The notes below the pieces were generated by a model. That model ran no database searches and had not been told where the DNA came from. It saw only the letters and a list, made by a program, of their open reading frames with translations. Positions 51,385 through 64,000 of a stretch of DNA of 64,000 nucleotides are shown here, one piece after another. Origin of the DNA: Vicugna vicugna. Lineage: Eukaryota. The stretch lies in the NCBI GenBank assembly GCA_013265495.1, contig MU058824.1, positions 992,001 to 1,056,000 on the forward strand, in the 5' to 3' direction. How positions within the stretch are numbered: the stretch's first letter is position 1; the number at the start of each line of letters is the position of its first letter. Position numbers and translations under genes: made by a program.

Positions 51385-52010
51385 TAGAGGTTTATGAAGT
51401 CAGTTAAGCTGAGCTGGAATTGTGTTTCCTGGAATACCCTTCTCTGCTTAGTTCCAGGTTAGTTTTGGCAACAGGAACATTCTGCATGAAATTTGGCTGG
51501 TGGAAAGGAAGCAGCAGCCCCCCTTCTTTTCATGCTCACAAGGGCAAGGCATAAGGCCTCAGCCACCTTGTCGCTCTTCTGCTGGCTCGCCTGGGTGCCG
51601 TGGTGCAGCATCAGGACCCACAGCACCACCCCCCACCTCCTGCTGGTCCTGCCCGTTTTACTTTCTGATTCCTTGGGCCAGCTGAGGGGTTTGCTTCAGG
51701 AGGAAAAGCAAAACTTTTCCTATAAGTCATTCCTGTCATCGAAATTGGAGTCTTGAAGGAGGTGAGACACCAAGTCAGTTCCAGCCAGTCCCTCGGGTAC
51801 CAGCCCATCCTCGCAAGCTCCAATTTGTCCTTGCGTCCCTACTTTCTTCCCATCATTCCTTCCCAGCTGCCTGCCCTGCTGACTTCAGGCTCAAGCACCA
51901 GACACAGAAGTAATATCCTCACTTAGGCTGAACGGTTCCCACAATTACATACAGTCAGAGCCCTATTATTAACCCCTTATTGTATACATCTTGCTAGTGA
52001 CCTGATGGTG
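51385..52010 (+). mobile_element. ERVL-class solo LTR (LTR41/LTR33-like)
   Basis: GAATACCCTTCTCTGCTTAGTTCCAGGTTAG...GAAATTTGG..GGAAGCAGCAGCC and CCTGCCCTGCTGACTTCAGGC resemble recalled ERVL LTRs. Confidence 0.55.
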
Positions 52011-52279
52011 ATCTAGCAATGCTGGTTCTGAAATTAGACTTTTTTTAATGGAAAAAAACAAAAATTTCCTCTGTTTTTAGGATATATGTTGACTTTATTG
52101 ATAAACAATTCATGAAAGAGTTTATCTTGCTATCAAGATAATAATTTTTATTAACAAAATTGAGTAGAAGCATCAGATTATTAGCTCTGCTATGCCAGGT
52201 CATTTCCATTGGCTGTCATAGGGAGGAGAGGGGAGTCAGAAGCTGGTATGAGAGAAGAGAGGGCCTGGTATATATCCTA

Positions 52280-53650
52280 ATCCTGTACAAAGATATATAA
52301 CCATATATAGGATTTTTTGTTGTTTCCCTTTTTGTAAAACTGGATTCTTATTAAAGACATTTCTCTATAAATTCTTTTTTTTTTCCACTGAATGATACTT
52401 CTTGGTCATCCCTTCAGGTCAGTGGATATAGAAGTCATTCATTCTTTTTTTTAATGACTGCACATTTTCAGCTCCCCCCCGCCCCACTGCAAATAATGCT
52501 ACATAAAACATCCTTGTGGTATTATATTATGTGTTTCTTTAGGAAACCCTTCTGCTGGGTCAATGTACATATATATCTTAAATATGAGTAAATATTGATA
52601 GATTATTTTCTGAGAGGGATGTGGTCATTCATATTTCCACCACCAGTGTAAAAAAGTAACCATTTTCCCACATCTTCACCAGAAGTTGGCATTTTAATTT
52701 AAAATATTTTCTAGTTTTATCATTGAAAAATGGCATCATATTATTGCTTTAGTTTGAATTTTCTTGACTATTTCTGAGGTTAAGCATCATTTCTAGTTTA
52801 TTTGGTCATTTAGGGTAAAGATCTGTCATGTATGCAACTGATTGTCAAGAGTGTCAGAAAAAAAGTGTGTGTGTGTTTCATTTCTCAGTCTGAGAGATTC
52901 TACCCTGAGGAATAGTGTATACCTCAGAAACCACTGCAGTATCTTTAGGGGAAATGACAGTATAAATGGCTGGAGTATAACACAATACTCTCCCAAGTAT
53001 TTAAAGAGAGAATGAGAGAGAATATGAGAGAGAATGATAAAGCAAAATGGTAACAATAGATGAAGCTGGATAAAGAATTTATGGACGTTCTTTTTCCTCT
53101 TTGTGAAACTTTTTTATAAATTTAAAATTATTTGAAAAAAAAGGTTTTTAAAGACATTTAAAGCTATGTATTTTCATCAGAATATAGCTTCAATTGAAAA
53201 AGTTTTGGTATGAAATGTCGTTTTTTATTACTTTCTAGATAATTCATACTTTCTTTGATGCAGTCATTATTTAGAAGAACATTTTATAACGTCCAAGTAA
53301 AAATATTTTCATTATCTTTATATTGGTGTTCAGTCAGAGAGTGTGGCTTATAAAATTTCTACTTTTAGAATTTTATTAAGGTTTTCTTTTTGGCCAACTA
53401 CATGATTGATTTTTAGAAATACTTCAGGGTTCAAAAAAATGATATGTTGATTCTATTTGTAGAAGTATGAGTTTTCTATCTATGTCTTAATTTGAAATGT
53501 TGATGTATATTTTTGGTTGTAATCATATCGCCTAGGTCTTTTTTGGTTGTATTTTGTTTCACTTGCTCCCAGTTATGTCAATTTCTGAAAATGGCAAATT
53601 AAAATCTCCCACTAAAGCTATATTTTAAAAATCAAATTCTCCTTGTATTT
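52280..53650. mobile_element. Patchwork of ancient L1M fragments in both orientations
   Basis: Minus-strand L1 3' pieces (TTCCACCACCAGTGT...TTGCTTTAGTTTGAATTT); plus-strand L1MC-like tail at ~52900-53150. Confidence 0.65.
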
Positions 53651-53659
53651 TTTCCCAAT

Positions 53660-54050
53660 TTAGTTCATTAACTACAGATAATTTTGACACAACTTGAAAG
53701 ACATCATCAACTTCAATGATGGTCTCCAAGGCTTTAATTTAAAAACCAGCACTTATTCAAACGCATCTCTAACCATATATTGTGCACAAGGAAGTAGCTA
53801 TATTCAGTTCCTGTCCTCTGTGGATTCATCACAACTAAAAACAGAGTTGTTACTGGTTCTTTTAGAAAACTTTAAGTTTGATATCATCAACAATATATCA
53901 GTTTGACACTGGACTATAGAACAGAATAGAAAAATATCCCAATATTTTATCTCCAATAATTCTTGGAAGTATCCCAAATGCAAGACTGAGGAGACTATCT
54001 CCATTGAAGGAACTTTTTTAAAAATTATTCTTTGTGATTAAATGAGCTAT
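53660..54050 (-). mobile_element. hAT-Charlie transposase fossil fragment
   Basis: Minus-strand frames give, in order, GDSLLSLA..RIIGDK, FSCDESTED (cf. FSxQxDESTD) and KALETIIEVDDVFQVVSK (cf. KPLETTTT..DIF..V), as in Charlie/ZBED5/FAM200-type transposases; frameshifted. Confidence 0.65.
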
Positions 54051-54082
54051 TTCATGTAACAGTTTCCCTTTTGTGCATTTCT

Positions 54083-54199
54083 TTTTTTTTTAACATTTTA
54101 ACATTTTTTTATTGATTTATAATCATTTTACAATGTTGTGTCAAATTCCAGTGTTCAGCACAATTTTTCAGTCATTCATGGACATATACACACTCATTG
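54083..54199 (-). mobile_element. Young 5'-truncated L1 3' tail with TSD (duplicated at 59039-59155)
   Basis: Perfect direct repeat TCCCTTTTGTGCATTTCT (54065-54082 and 54200-54217); poly(T); same family as 5574-5744. Confidence 0.9.
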
Positions 54200-54659
54200 T
54201 CCCTTTTGTGCATTTCTAATCCAATATCTTATGTTATAGGGAAATCCAATTTGTAGAAAAACCCATTGTCTTTTTAATTAGGTCAAGAGGATTTTACCTC
54301 AATGTTATTCAATTTGAGAGACTCTTAAGGCATACTTGCTCTTCATTTTTAAACTACTGATGCTAAGGAAGCTGGGCTTCTCTTTTGCAACATGTAAGAA
54401 TCCATATGTATTAGTTATCTATTGCTGCATAACAACAACAACAACAAAACAGTTCTAATTTTTTTGCCCATGTACATCTTGTGATCTTTTTGCTTGGTGA
54501 CTTTCAGGACTTTTCTTTATGTTTAAAGTCTAATAGTTACATTAGAATATGTCATAGAGTTGACCCTTATGAGTGAATTTTCTCAGGTACTTAATAGTCC
54601 CTTACAATATGTGGATCCTGATCTTTTATTTCCAGAATATCTTCTTTTTTTCCCTCATT

Positions 54660-55110
54660 ATTTTCTTTTTTTAATTAAAGTATAGTCAGGTACAGTGTGT
54701 CAATTTCTGGTGTACAGTACAATGTCCCAGTAATGCATGTACGTACATTTATTTGTTTTCATATTCTTTTTCCTTAAAAGTTATTACCAGATTTTGAATA
54801 TAGTTCCCTGTGCTATACAGAAGAAATCTGGTTTTTTTATATATAGTGGCTAACATTTGCAAATCTCAGACTCCCAAATTTATCCCTTCCCACCCCCTTT
54901 CCCCTAGTACCATAAGATTGTTTTCTATGTCTGTAAGTCTGTTTCTGTTTTTTAGATGAGTTCATTAGTGTTCTCTTTTTTTTTTTTTTAATTTACTCTG
55001 CATAGTGATGTTTAGGTCCATCCATGTTGCTGCAAATGGCATTATTTTATCCTTTTTATGGTTGAATAGTATTCCATTGTATAAATGTACCAAACGTCTT
55101 TATCCAGTCT
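54660..55110 (-). mobile_element. L1 3' UTR fragment (duplicated at ~59616-60116)
   Basis: TTAAAGTATAGTC...GAATATAGTTCCCTGTGCTATACAG...TCCATCCATGTTGCTGCAAATGGC. Confidence 0.85.
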
Positions 55111-57204
55111 TGAATTATCCTCTTCAGTGACTCCAATTATATATATTGTTTCTTCTTTGTCTTTCTGTCTATCATTTCAACTACTTTCTCCTTGATCCTT
55201 TTTGCTTCTTTATATTGTTTTCATTCTCTTGGTCATTTTCCTGCCTTTCTTCAATTTCCTTAATTACAATTTCATTTTAGTCTATTCTTTCTTGGGCACC
55301 TTCTCTAATTCAAGGATGTCCCTTTATGTCCATGTATCACTGAAGAATATCTTTAAAAGATGGCTTTTATTTTTTGAGATTGCAGAAGGAATTGTGTGTA
55401 CTCTGATCATTTGACTCTCTCTTATTTGAAAGACTCTAAAATGTCGCCTTTTCTTCTTTTCCCCATTATTGTCGAATCTCCAAAAACCATCTCTCCCAAC
55501 CTTTTTACAGTGCCTTTTGAAAACAGCTACCTGAAATAGCATACAGTTTTACATTCCTTCCTTATAGCAGGTGCTCTGGGGCACCAGGGTGCTTTTTCAG
55601 TATTTTCTCAACTCAGAGTAGACTTATCTTTCTGGGAGTGATTTTAGATCAAGCATAGACTGCCACTATCTACCCTCTTTACTCTTCCATGTAGCATTTC
55701 CCCTACTGCCCTGGTTCTCCATGAATGCTAGTGGGCAAGACATGAGAAATAATTTTCTGGCACTTGTTGTTTTTTTCTTTATCTACTTGTGGGTAAATCT
55801 GAAATTTGTGCATTCTCTTCCTTCTGGTTATGCTGAAGACATAGATTTTGTGTGGTTTTATTTATACTTCTTGTTGTTCTCTATTGTTTTTGAGAGATTC
55901 CAGTTTTTTTTTTGTTTGTTTTTTGGGTTTTTTTTGGCCATCATCTTAGCTACCCTTAAGGCTAATTTAGAAAGATTTCTTAGTATATCTTTTAACCAGA
56001 AAGATTTCATTAAGCCTTACTTCTTGTAGTTTTCTCTGAGTACGTTAGCTATTTTGTGTTTTCCAGACATAAAATTATGTGATAATAGTGAATATATTTT
56101 CAAATTACATGCCCTTCAACCCATAGATTCTAATAATGCTCTCTCCTAGGAGGCATCCTTCACTCTCCACACTCCTTGTCTTCTGAGAAGCTCTATTCCA
56201 GCTATTACATAAATTTATATAACGTGGAATCTGTAGGTAATATGTTACAGGGACCCTGAAGTAACCAACAAGGAAACTGCTCAGAATGACATGTCCTAGA
56301 TCCAAAGGATTTCATAAACTTTCCCTGACTTTAGGCAGGGAAAATATGACACTCTGTAAATGTAGGAAAAGGGATGGTTCAGATCAAATTCACACCTGCT
56401 CTTCCCAGCACCCGAGGGTATGAGCATCTTGACACAACTGTTTAGATATTGTTATGAGAGAAATAAAAGCAGAGGTGATTTTAAAAATTGAAAGTGGTAA
56501 GAAAATGATGACTATTTCACCTTGGATATATGTATGGGATAAGTCAAAAAATAGCATATATATCTTTTGTTCTCATGTACTATAACTTTACATCAGTGAA
56601 TACACATTAATAACTGGTAGGTCACTTTAGACTTAGCAACAAATAGATTCATGAGCAGTTTTGCAAAATTCAACCTCTTTGTTGATGGAGGAGCTTCAGA
56701 ATGCTGTTCAGTCTGTGAGAATTGTTTCCATTTTTCAACCATCTATTTCTATACTTTTTCTTATGATCTCTTATCATAAAAGGTGTTTTTCAAATGCTAC
56801 AGAAGAGATCAAAAGGATTTTTGGAACACTGGGCTACAGGTCAAGCCCACAGACTATCTGGCAAAGTCCTGTCATACAACTGTTTCAGACACACTTCATT
56901 TGGCTTATACTGTCTGTCTACCACGGAACCAAACCTAATGAACCATACCTTTGACTCCTCTTCAACCAGAACTAACAATTAGCTATTGGAATTGACGGTT
57001 ATGCAAGTTAAAATCCCAGCTGACAAACACTGAGGTTTTTGTTGATGGTGATGGTGGTGGTGGTGGTGGTTGCCTTGGTTTTCTTTTGGTTTATTTTTGC
57101 CTTTGAAATTTAAAAACATAGTTATGGACCTGGACTTAATGATCCTCAGGTATGAGGTGTCCCCTGGGACCTTGTGCCCACACTGTTACTCTGTCTTCCC
57201 ATGA

Positions 57205-58080
57205 TGGTTATTACATTATAGGTTATTACAAGATACTGAATATGTTTCCTTGTGCTATACAGTAGGTTCTTGTTGTTTATCTATTCTCTATATAGTAGTA
57301 TGTATATGTTAATCCCAAACCCTAATTTATCACCCCCCTACTCCTTTCCCCTTTGGTAACCATAGTTTGTTTTCTATGTTTGTGAGTCTATTTCCAGTGA
57401 CCTGCTTTTTAAAGTAATGGTTATGGATATTATTCATTTTATTATTGTGAACATCTTTACATATCTATACATATAAACCTACCTCATTCATTATAGGGCC
57501 AAGTAGTATTCCATTAAGTAAGTACACATATTTTATTTATATAATCTGCTCTGATTGGATATGTAAGATATTTCCAAGTCCTTCTAAAACGACAGTGACA
57601 ATTCTATTGCATATGTGCATTTGTGTGCACTTCTGTTAGCATTCTCTAGAATATGTGAATATCTCTTCCTTCACTATTTAGTGTAATAAACAGATTAGAA
57701 CCTTTTTGCATACATCTCTGTGCAAAAGTGTAGTATTTCTAAGAATATAGCCTTTGAAGCAGAATTGCTGGGTCAAAGGGGATGAATATTTTTTTAAATT
57801 TTACTGCTAAATTGCCTCCTAAAGATCTTACCAATTTATATACTCTCACCAGTGAGCACTCAGATTGAAAAAAAAAAACAGAAACAAAAAAAACAAGAAT
57901 TACTGAGTCAACTTTTTTTCAGGCCCTTTCTACAAATTGGCAAATTGCCTTCCAGAAAGCTTCTACCATTTTACACTCTATCAGCAATAAATGAAAACAC
58001 TCATTTAATGCCCTAGCCAACACTAAGTATTATTAACTTTAAATTCTAACCAAGTTTAATGTGTAAGCAATTATAAATCA
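57205..58080 (-). mobile_element. L1 3' fragments (duplicated at +5006)
   Basis: TATAGGTTATTACAAGATACTGAATAT..TGTGCTATACAGTAGG; GAATTGCTGGGTCAAAGG. Confidence 0.75.
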
Positions 58081-58284
58081 TAATTTTAGTTCATTTTTAT
58101 CATAAAGGAAAAACAGAACAGACTTTGTTTCTTTCAAAATTTTAATTAAGCCTCTCTCATATTCCAGGCATTCTTCTGGGGGCTAAAGATGGGACAGTAA
58201 ACAAGACAAGCCCAACTGCTGTCATGTACCTAACGGAGAGGTACATTTAACACATAATGAACAAATTTCCAATTGTTAGTTCTA

Positions 58285-58520
58285 TAATAAGCACTTAGTA
58301 GCACTTAGTGTTTATCAGCCCCTTCTAAAGTAAAGCACTAAGAACTTGTTTGATCCTCACAACAATTCTCTGGGGTAGGTACTATCATTACCCCCATTTT
58401 ACAGATGAGGAAACTGAGTCACCAAGCGGTCAAGTAATTTGCCCAAGGTCATACAACAAAGTAGCAAAGGCAAAATTCAGACCCAGACAGCCCAGCTTCA
58501 CTGCCCTTAACCACTACCAT
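58285..58520 (-). mobile_element. MIR SINE (duplicated at ~63291-63526)
   Basis: CCCCATTTTACAGATGAGGAAACTGAG...TTGCCCAAGGTCA. Confidence 0.9.
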
Positions 58521-58873
58521 ACTGCCATCCCTCTCCTCTGTTGAAGGGCAGAGTACAGGCTGTGCTGAGACACTGAAAAGAATGGAAAGAAGATAGAGGA
58601 AAACAGAAAAATTAAAATATGGGATTCAAGTAAAGGGTCAGAAATGGAAGTTCATTTTGATCAGGGGTATTACCATGAGGTATTGAACTGTATCTTTCCT
58701 TTTTTCAGAGGAGTCAGTGCAAATGACACGTGGCAAAAACCAGCAGATCACACACTCATCAGACAATAAACCTGGAACAGTCTAAATGCAGAGGAAAGGA
58801 ATGGTCTAAATTCTCCTGCTATGAGGTAGCAGAGGAGGGAAGAAGGAAGCTGCCTCTGCCTTCCTAGACCTCC

Positions 58874-61800
58874 AGAACAGAATAGAAAAATATCCCAATA
58901 TTTTATCTCCAATAATTCTTGGAAGTATCCCAAATGCAAGACTGAGGAGACTATCTCCATTGAAGGAACTTTTTTAAAAATTATTCTTTGTGATTAAATG
59001 AGCTATTTCATGTAACAGTTTCCCTTTTGTGCATTTCTTTTTTTTTTAACATTTTAACATTTTTTTATTGATTTATAATCATTTTACAATGTTGTGTCAA
59101 ATTCCAGTGTTCAGCACAATTTTTCAGTCATTCATGGACATATACACACTCATTGTCCCTTTTGTGCATTTCTAATCCAATATCTTATGTTATAGGGAAA
59201 TCCAATTTGTAGAAAAACCCATTGTCTTTTTAATTAGGTCAAGAGGATTTTACCTCAATGTTATTCAATTTGAGAGACTCTTAAGGCATACTTGCTCTTC
59301 ATTTTTAAACTACTGATGCTAAGGAAGCTGGGCTTCTCTTTTGCAACATGTAAGAATCCATATGTATTAGTTATCTATTGCTGCATAACAACAACAACAA
59401 CAAAACAGTTCTAATTTTTTTGCCCATGTACATCTTGTGATCTTTTTGCTTGGTGACTTTCAGGACTTTTCTTTATGTTTAAAGTCTAATAGTTACATTA
59501 GAATATGTCATAGAGTTGACCCTTATGAGTGAATTTTCTCAGGTACTTAATAGTCCCTTACAATATGTGGATCCTGATCTTTTATTTCCAGAATATCTTC
59601 TTTTTTTCCCTCATTATTTTCTTTTTTTAATTAAAGTATAGTCAGGTACAGTGTGTCAATTTCTGGTGTACAGTACAATGTCCCAGTAATGCATGTACGT
59701 ACATTTATTTGTTTTCATATTCTTTTTCCTTAAAAGTTATTACCAGATTTTGAATATAGTTCCCTGTGCTATACAGAAGAAATCTGGTTTTTTTATATAT
59801 AGTGGCTAACATTTGCAAATCTCAGACTCCCAAATTTATCCCTTCCCACCCCCTTTCCCCTAGTACCATAAGATTGTTTTCTATGTCTGTAAGTCTGTTT
59901 CTGTTTTATAGATGAGTTCATTAGTGTTCTCTTTTTTTTTTTTTTAGATTCCACATATGAGTGATATCATACATTTTTCTTTCTCTTTCTGGTTTACTCT
60001 GCTTAGAATAGTGATGTTTAGGTCCATCCATGTTGCTGCAAATGGCATTATTTTATCCTTTTTATGGTTGAATAGTATTCCATTGTATAAATGTACCAAA
60101 CGTCTTTATCCAGTCTTGAATTATCCTCTTCAGTGACTCCAATTATATATATTGTTTCTTCTTTGTCTTTCTGTCTATCATTTCAACTACTTTCTCCTTG
60201 ATCCTTTTTGCTTCTTTATATTGTTTTCATTCTCTTGGTCATTTTCCTGCCTTTCTTCAATTTCCTTAATTACAATTTCATTTTAGTCTATTCTTTCTTG
60301 GGCACCTTCTCTAATTCAAGGATGTCCCTTTATGTCCATGTATCACTGAAGAATATCTTTAAAAGATGGCTTTTATTTTTTGAGATTGCAGAAGGAATTG
60401 TGTGTACTCTGATCATTTGACTCTCTCTTATTTGAAAGACTCTAAAATGTCGCCTTTTCTTCTTTTCCCCATTATTGTCGAATCTCCAAAAACCATCTCT
60501 CCCAACCTTTTTACAGTGCCTTTTGAAAACAGCTACCTGAAATAGCATACAGTTTTACATTCCTTCCTTATAGCAGGTGCTCTGGGGCACCAGGGTGCTT
60601 TTTCAGTATTTTCTCAACTCAGAGTAGACTTATCTTTCTGGGAGTGATTTTAGATCAAGCATAGACTGCCACTATCTACCCTCTTTACTCTTCCATGTAG
60701 CATTTCCCCTACTGCCCTGGTTCTCCATGAATGCTAGTGGGCAAGACATGAGAAATAATTTTCTGGCACTTGTTGTTTTTTTCTTTATCTACTTGTGGGT
60801 AAATCTGAAATTTGTGCATTCTCTTCCTTCTGGTTATGCTGAAGACATAGATTTTGTGTGGTTTTATTTATACTTCTTGTTGTTCTCTATTGTTTTTGAG
60901 AGATTCCAGTTTTTTTTTTGTTTGTTTTTTGGGTTTTTTTTGGCCATCATCTTAGCTACCCTTAAGGCTAATTTAGAAAGATTTCTTAGTATATCTTTTA
61001 ACCAGAAAGATTTCATTAAGCCTTACTTCTTGTAGTTTTCTCTGAGTACGTTAGCTATTTTGTGTTTTCCAGACATAAAATTATGTGATAATAGTGAATA
61101 TATTTTCAAATTACATGCCCTTCAACCCATAGATTCTAATAATGCTCTCTCCTAGGAGGCATCCTTCACTCTCCACACTCCTTGTCTTCTGAGAAGCTCT
61201 ATTCCAGCTATTACATAAATTTATATAACGTGGAATCTGTAGGTAATATGTTACAGGGACCCTGAAGTAACCAACAAGGAAACTGCTCAGAATGACATGT
61301 CCTAGATCCAAAGGATTTCATAAACTTTCCCTGACTTTAGGCAGGGAAAATATGACACTCTGTAAATGTAGGAAAAGGGATGGTTCAGATCAAATTCACA
61401 CCTGCTCTTCCCAGCACCCGAGGGTATGAGCATCTTGACACAACTGTTTAGATATTGTTATGAGAGAAATAAAAGCAGAGGTGATTTTAAAAATTGAAAG
61501 TGGTAAGAAAATGATGACTATTTCACCTTGGATATATGTATGGGATAAGTCAAAAAATAGCATATATATCTTTTGTTCTCATGTACTATAACTTTACATC
61601 AGTGAATACACATTAATAACTGGTAGGTCACTTTAGACTTAGCAACAAATAGATTCATGAGCAGTTTTGCAAAATTCAACCTCTTTGTTGATGGAGGAGC
61701 TTCAGAATGCTGTTCAGTCTGTGAGAATTGTTTCCATTTTTCAACCATCTATTTCTATACTTTTTCTTATGATCTCTTATCATAAAAGGTGTTTTTCAAA

Positions 61801-63881
61801 TGCTACAGAAGAGATCAAAAGGATTTTTGGAACACTGGGCTACAGGTCAAGCCCACAGACTATCTGGCAAAGTCCTGTCATACAACTGTTTCAGACACAC
61901 TTCATTTGGCTTATACTGTCTGTCTACCACGGAACCAAACCTAATGAACCATACCTTTGACTCCTCTTCAACCAGAACTAACAATTAGCTATTGGAATTG
62001 ACGGTTATGCAAGTTAAAATCCCAGCTGACAAACACTGAGGTTTTTGTTGATGGTGATGGTGGTGGTGGTGGTGGTTGCCTTGGTTTTCTTTTGGTTTAT
62101 TTTTGCCTTTGAAATTTAAAAACATAGTTATGGACCTGGACTTAATGATCCTCAGGTATGAGGTGTCCCCTGGGACCTTGTGCCCACACTGTTACTCTGT
62201 CTTCCCATGATGGTTATTACATTATAGGTTATTACAAGATACTGAATATGTTTCCTTGTGCTATACAGTAGGTTCTTGTTGTTTATCTATTCTCTATATA
62301 GTAGTATGTATATGTTAATCCCAAACCCTAATTTATCACCCCCCTACTCCTTTCCCCTTTGGTAACCATAGTTTGTTTTCTATGTTTGTGAGTCTATTTC
62401 CAGTGACCTGCTTTTTAAAGTAATGGTTATGGATATTATTCATTTTATTATTGTGAACATCTTTACATATCTATACATATAAACCTACCTCATTCATTAT
62501 AGGGCCAAGTAGTATTCCATTAAGTAAGTACACATATTTTATTTATATAATCTGCTCTGATTGGATATGTAAGATATTTCCAAGTCCTTCTAAAACGACA
62601 GTGACAATTCTATTGCATATGTGCATTTGTGTGCACTTCTGTTAGCATTCTCTAGAATATGTGAATATCTCTTCCTTCACTATTTAGTGTAATAAACAGA
62701 TTAGAACCTTTTTGCATACATCTCTGTGCAAAAGTGTAGTATTTCTAAGAATATAGCCTTTGAAGCAGAATTGCTGGGTCAAAGGGGATGAATATTTTTT
62801 TAAATTTTACTGCTAAATTGCCTCCTAAAGATCTTACCAATTTATATACTCTCACCAGTGAGCACTCAGATTGAAAAAAAAAAACAGAAACAAAAAAAAC
62901 AAGAATTACTGAGTCAACTTTTTTTCAGGCCCTTTCTACAAATTGGCAAATTGCCTTCCAGAAAGCTTCTACCATTTTACACTCTATCAGCAATAAATGA
63001 AAACACTCATTTAATGCCCTAGCCAACACTAAGTATTATTAACTTTAAATTCTAACCAAGTTTAATGTGTAAGCAATTATAAATCATAATTTTAGTTCAT
63101 TTTTATCATAAAGGAAAAACAGAACAGACTTTGTTTCTTTCAAAATTTTAATTAAGCCTCTCTCATATTCCAGGCATTCTTCTGGGGGCTAAAGATGGGA
63201 CAGTAAACAAGACAAGCCCAACTGCTGTCATGTACCTAACGGAGAGGTACATTTAACACATAATGAACAAATTTCCAATTGTTAGTTCTATAATAAGCAC
63301 TTAGTAGCACTTAGTGTTTATCAGCCCCTTCTAAAGTAAAGCACTAAGAACTTGTTTGATCCTCACAACAATTCTCTGGGGTAGGTACTATCATTACCCC
63401 CATTTTACAGATGAGGAAACTGAGTCACCAAGCGGTCAAGTAATTTGCCCAAGGTCATACAACAAAGTAGCAAAGGCAAAATTCAGACCCAGACAGCCCA
63501 GCTTCACTGCCCTTAACCACTACCATACTGCCATCCCTCTCCTCTGTTGAAGGGCAGAGTACAGGCTGTGCTGAGACACTGAAAAGAATGGAAAGAAGAT
63601 AGAGGAAAACAGAAAAATTAAAATATGGGATTCAAGTAAAGGGTCAGAAATGGAAGTTCATTTTGATCAGGGGTATTACCATGAGGTATTGAACTGTATC
63701 TTTCCTTTTTTCAGAGGAGTCAGTGCAAATGACACGTGGCAAAAACCAGCAGATCACACACTCATCAGACAATAAACCTGGAACAGTCTAAATGCAGAGG
63801 AAAGGAATGGTCTAAATTCTCCTGCTATGAGGTAGCAGAGGAGGGAAGAAGGAAGCTGCCTCTGCCTTCCTAGACCTCCAG
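58874..63881 (+). repeat. ~5 kb tandem duplication, copy 2
   Basis: Junction CTCC-AG-AACAG at 58870-58880; identity ends at TAGACCTCCAG (63881). Confidence 0.98.
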
Positions 63882-64000
63882 GAATGGAAAATATAAAGGG
63901 CTCAATCCTAGCAGCATTTGAATCTGAACAGATGAAGAGAAAACAGAAACGTACTTTTCCTGGGCTTCTGGCCAAGTGATCTCCCTCTCAGCTTAGCCTG

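Larger units (their letters stand above)
53918..58875 (+). repeat. ~5 kb tandem duplication, copy 1
   Basis: Matches 58874-63881 at offset 4956, then 5006 after 55002; the ORF track repeats identically at +5006. Confidence 0.98.

Noticed and set aside
58870..58880. AG at both duplication ends as a back-splice (circRNA retrocopy) signature
   Set aside because: No GT donor follows the right end (63882 onward is GAATG) and the unit is unspliced genomic DNA.
55202..61988. Pairs of identical ORFs suggesting a duplicated gene cluster
   Set aside because: Simple consequence of the 5-kb duplication; the peptides are low-complexity or repeat-derived.

Overview
Mammalian non-coding genomic DNA; I find no protein-coding gene, and the ORF track is mostly noise plus transposon fossils. 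There are many old MIR, L2, L1M and MaLR relics, and I see no Alu, B1, BovB/Bov-tA, SINEC or PRE1. Short young L1 3' tails resemble, from recall, the camelid L1 end, so the source may be camel or alpaca (inference). Main structures: (1) promoter-like motif cluster at the extreme left edge (1-140); (2) a decayed ~3.2 kb L1 (5085-8290) with a younger L1 tail nested inside; (3) several solo MaLR/ERVL LTRs, one with a perfect 5-bp TSD; (4) repeat-free AT/TAAT-rich blocks that look like conserved non-coding enhancers; (5) a 73-bp segment copied ~0.9 kb downstream into a MIR; (6) a near-perfect ~5 kb head-to-tail duplication (53918-63881). Its junction has a 2-bp microhomology and cuts a hAT/Charlie transposase fossil, and the only differences I found between the copies are in one ~55-bp cluster. 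It is either a very recent CNV or an assembly artefact. I cannot support a novel biological system from this sequence. Repeat subfamily names are by-eye recognition and boundaries of old repeats are approximate.
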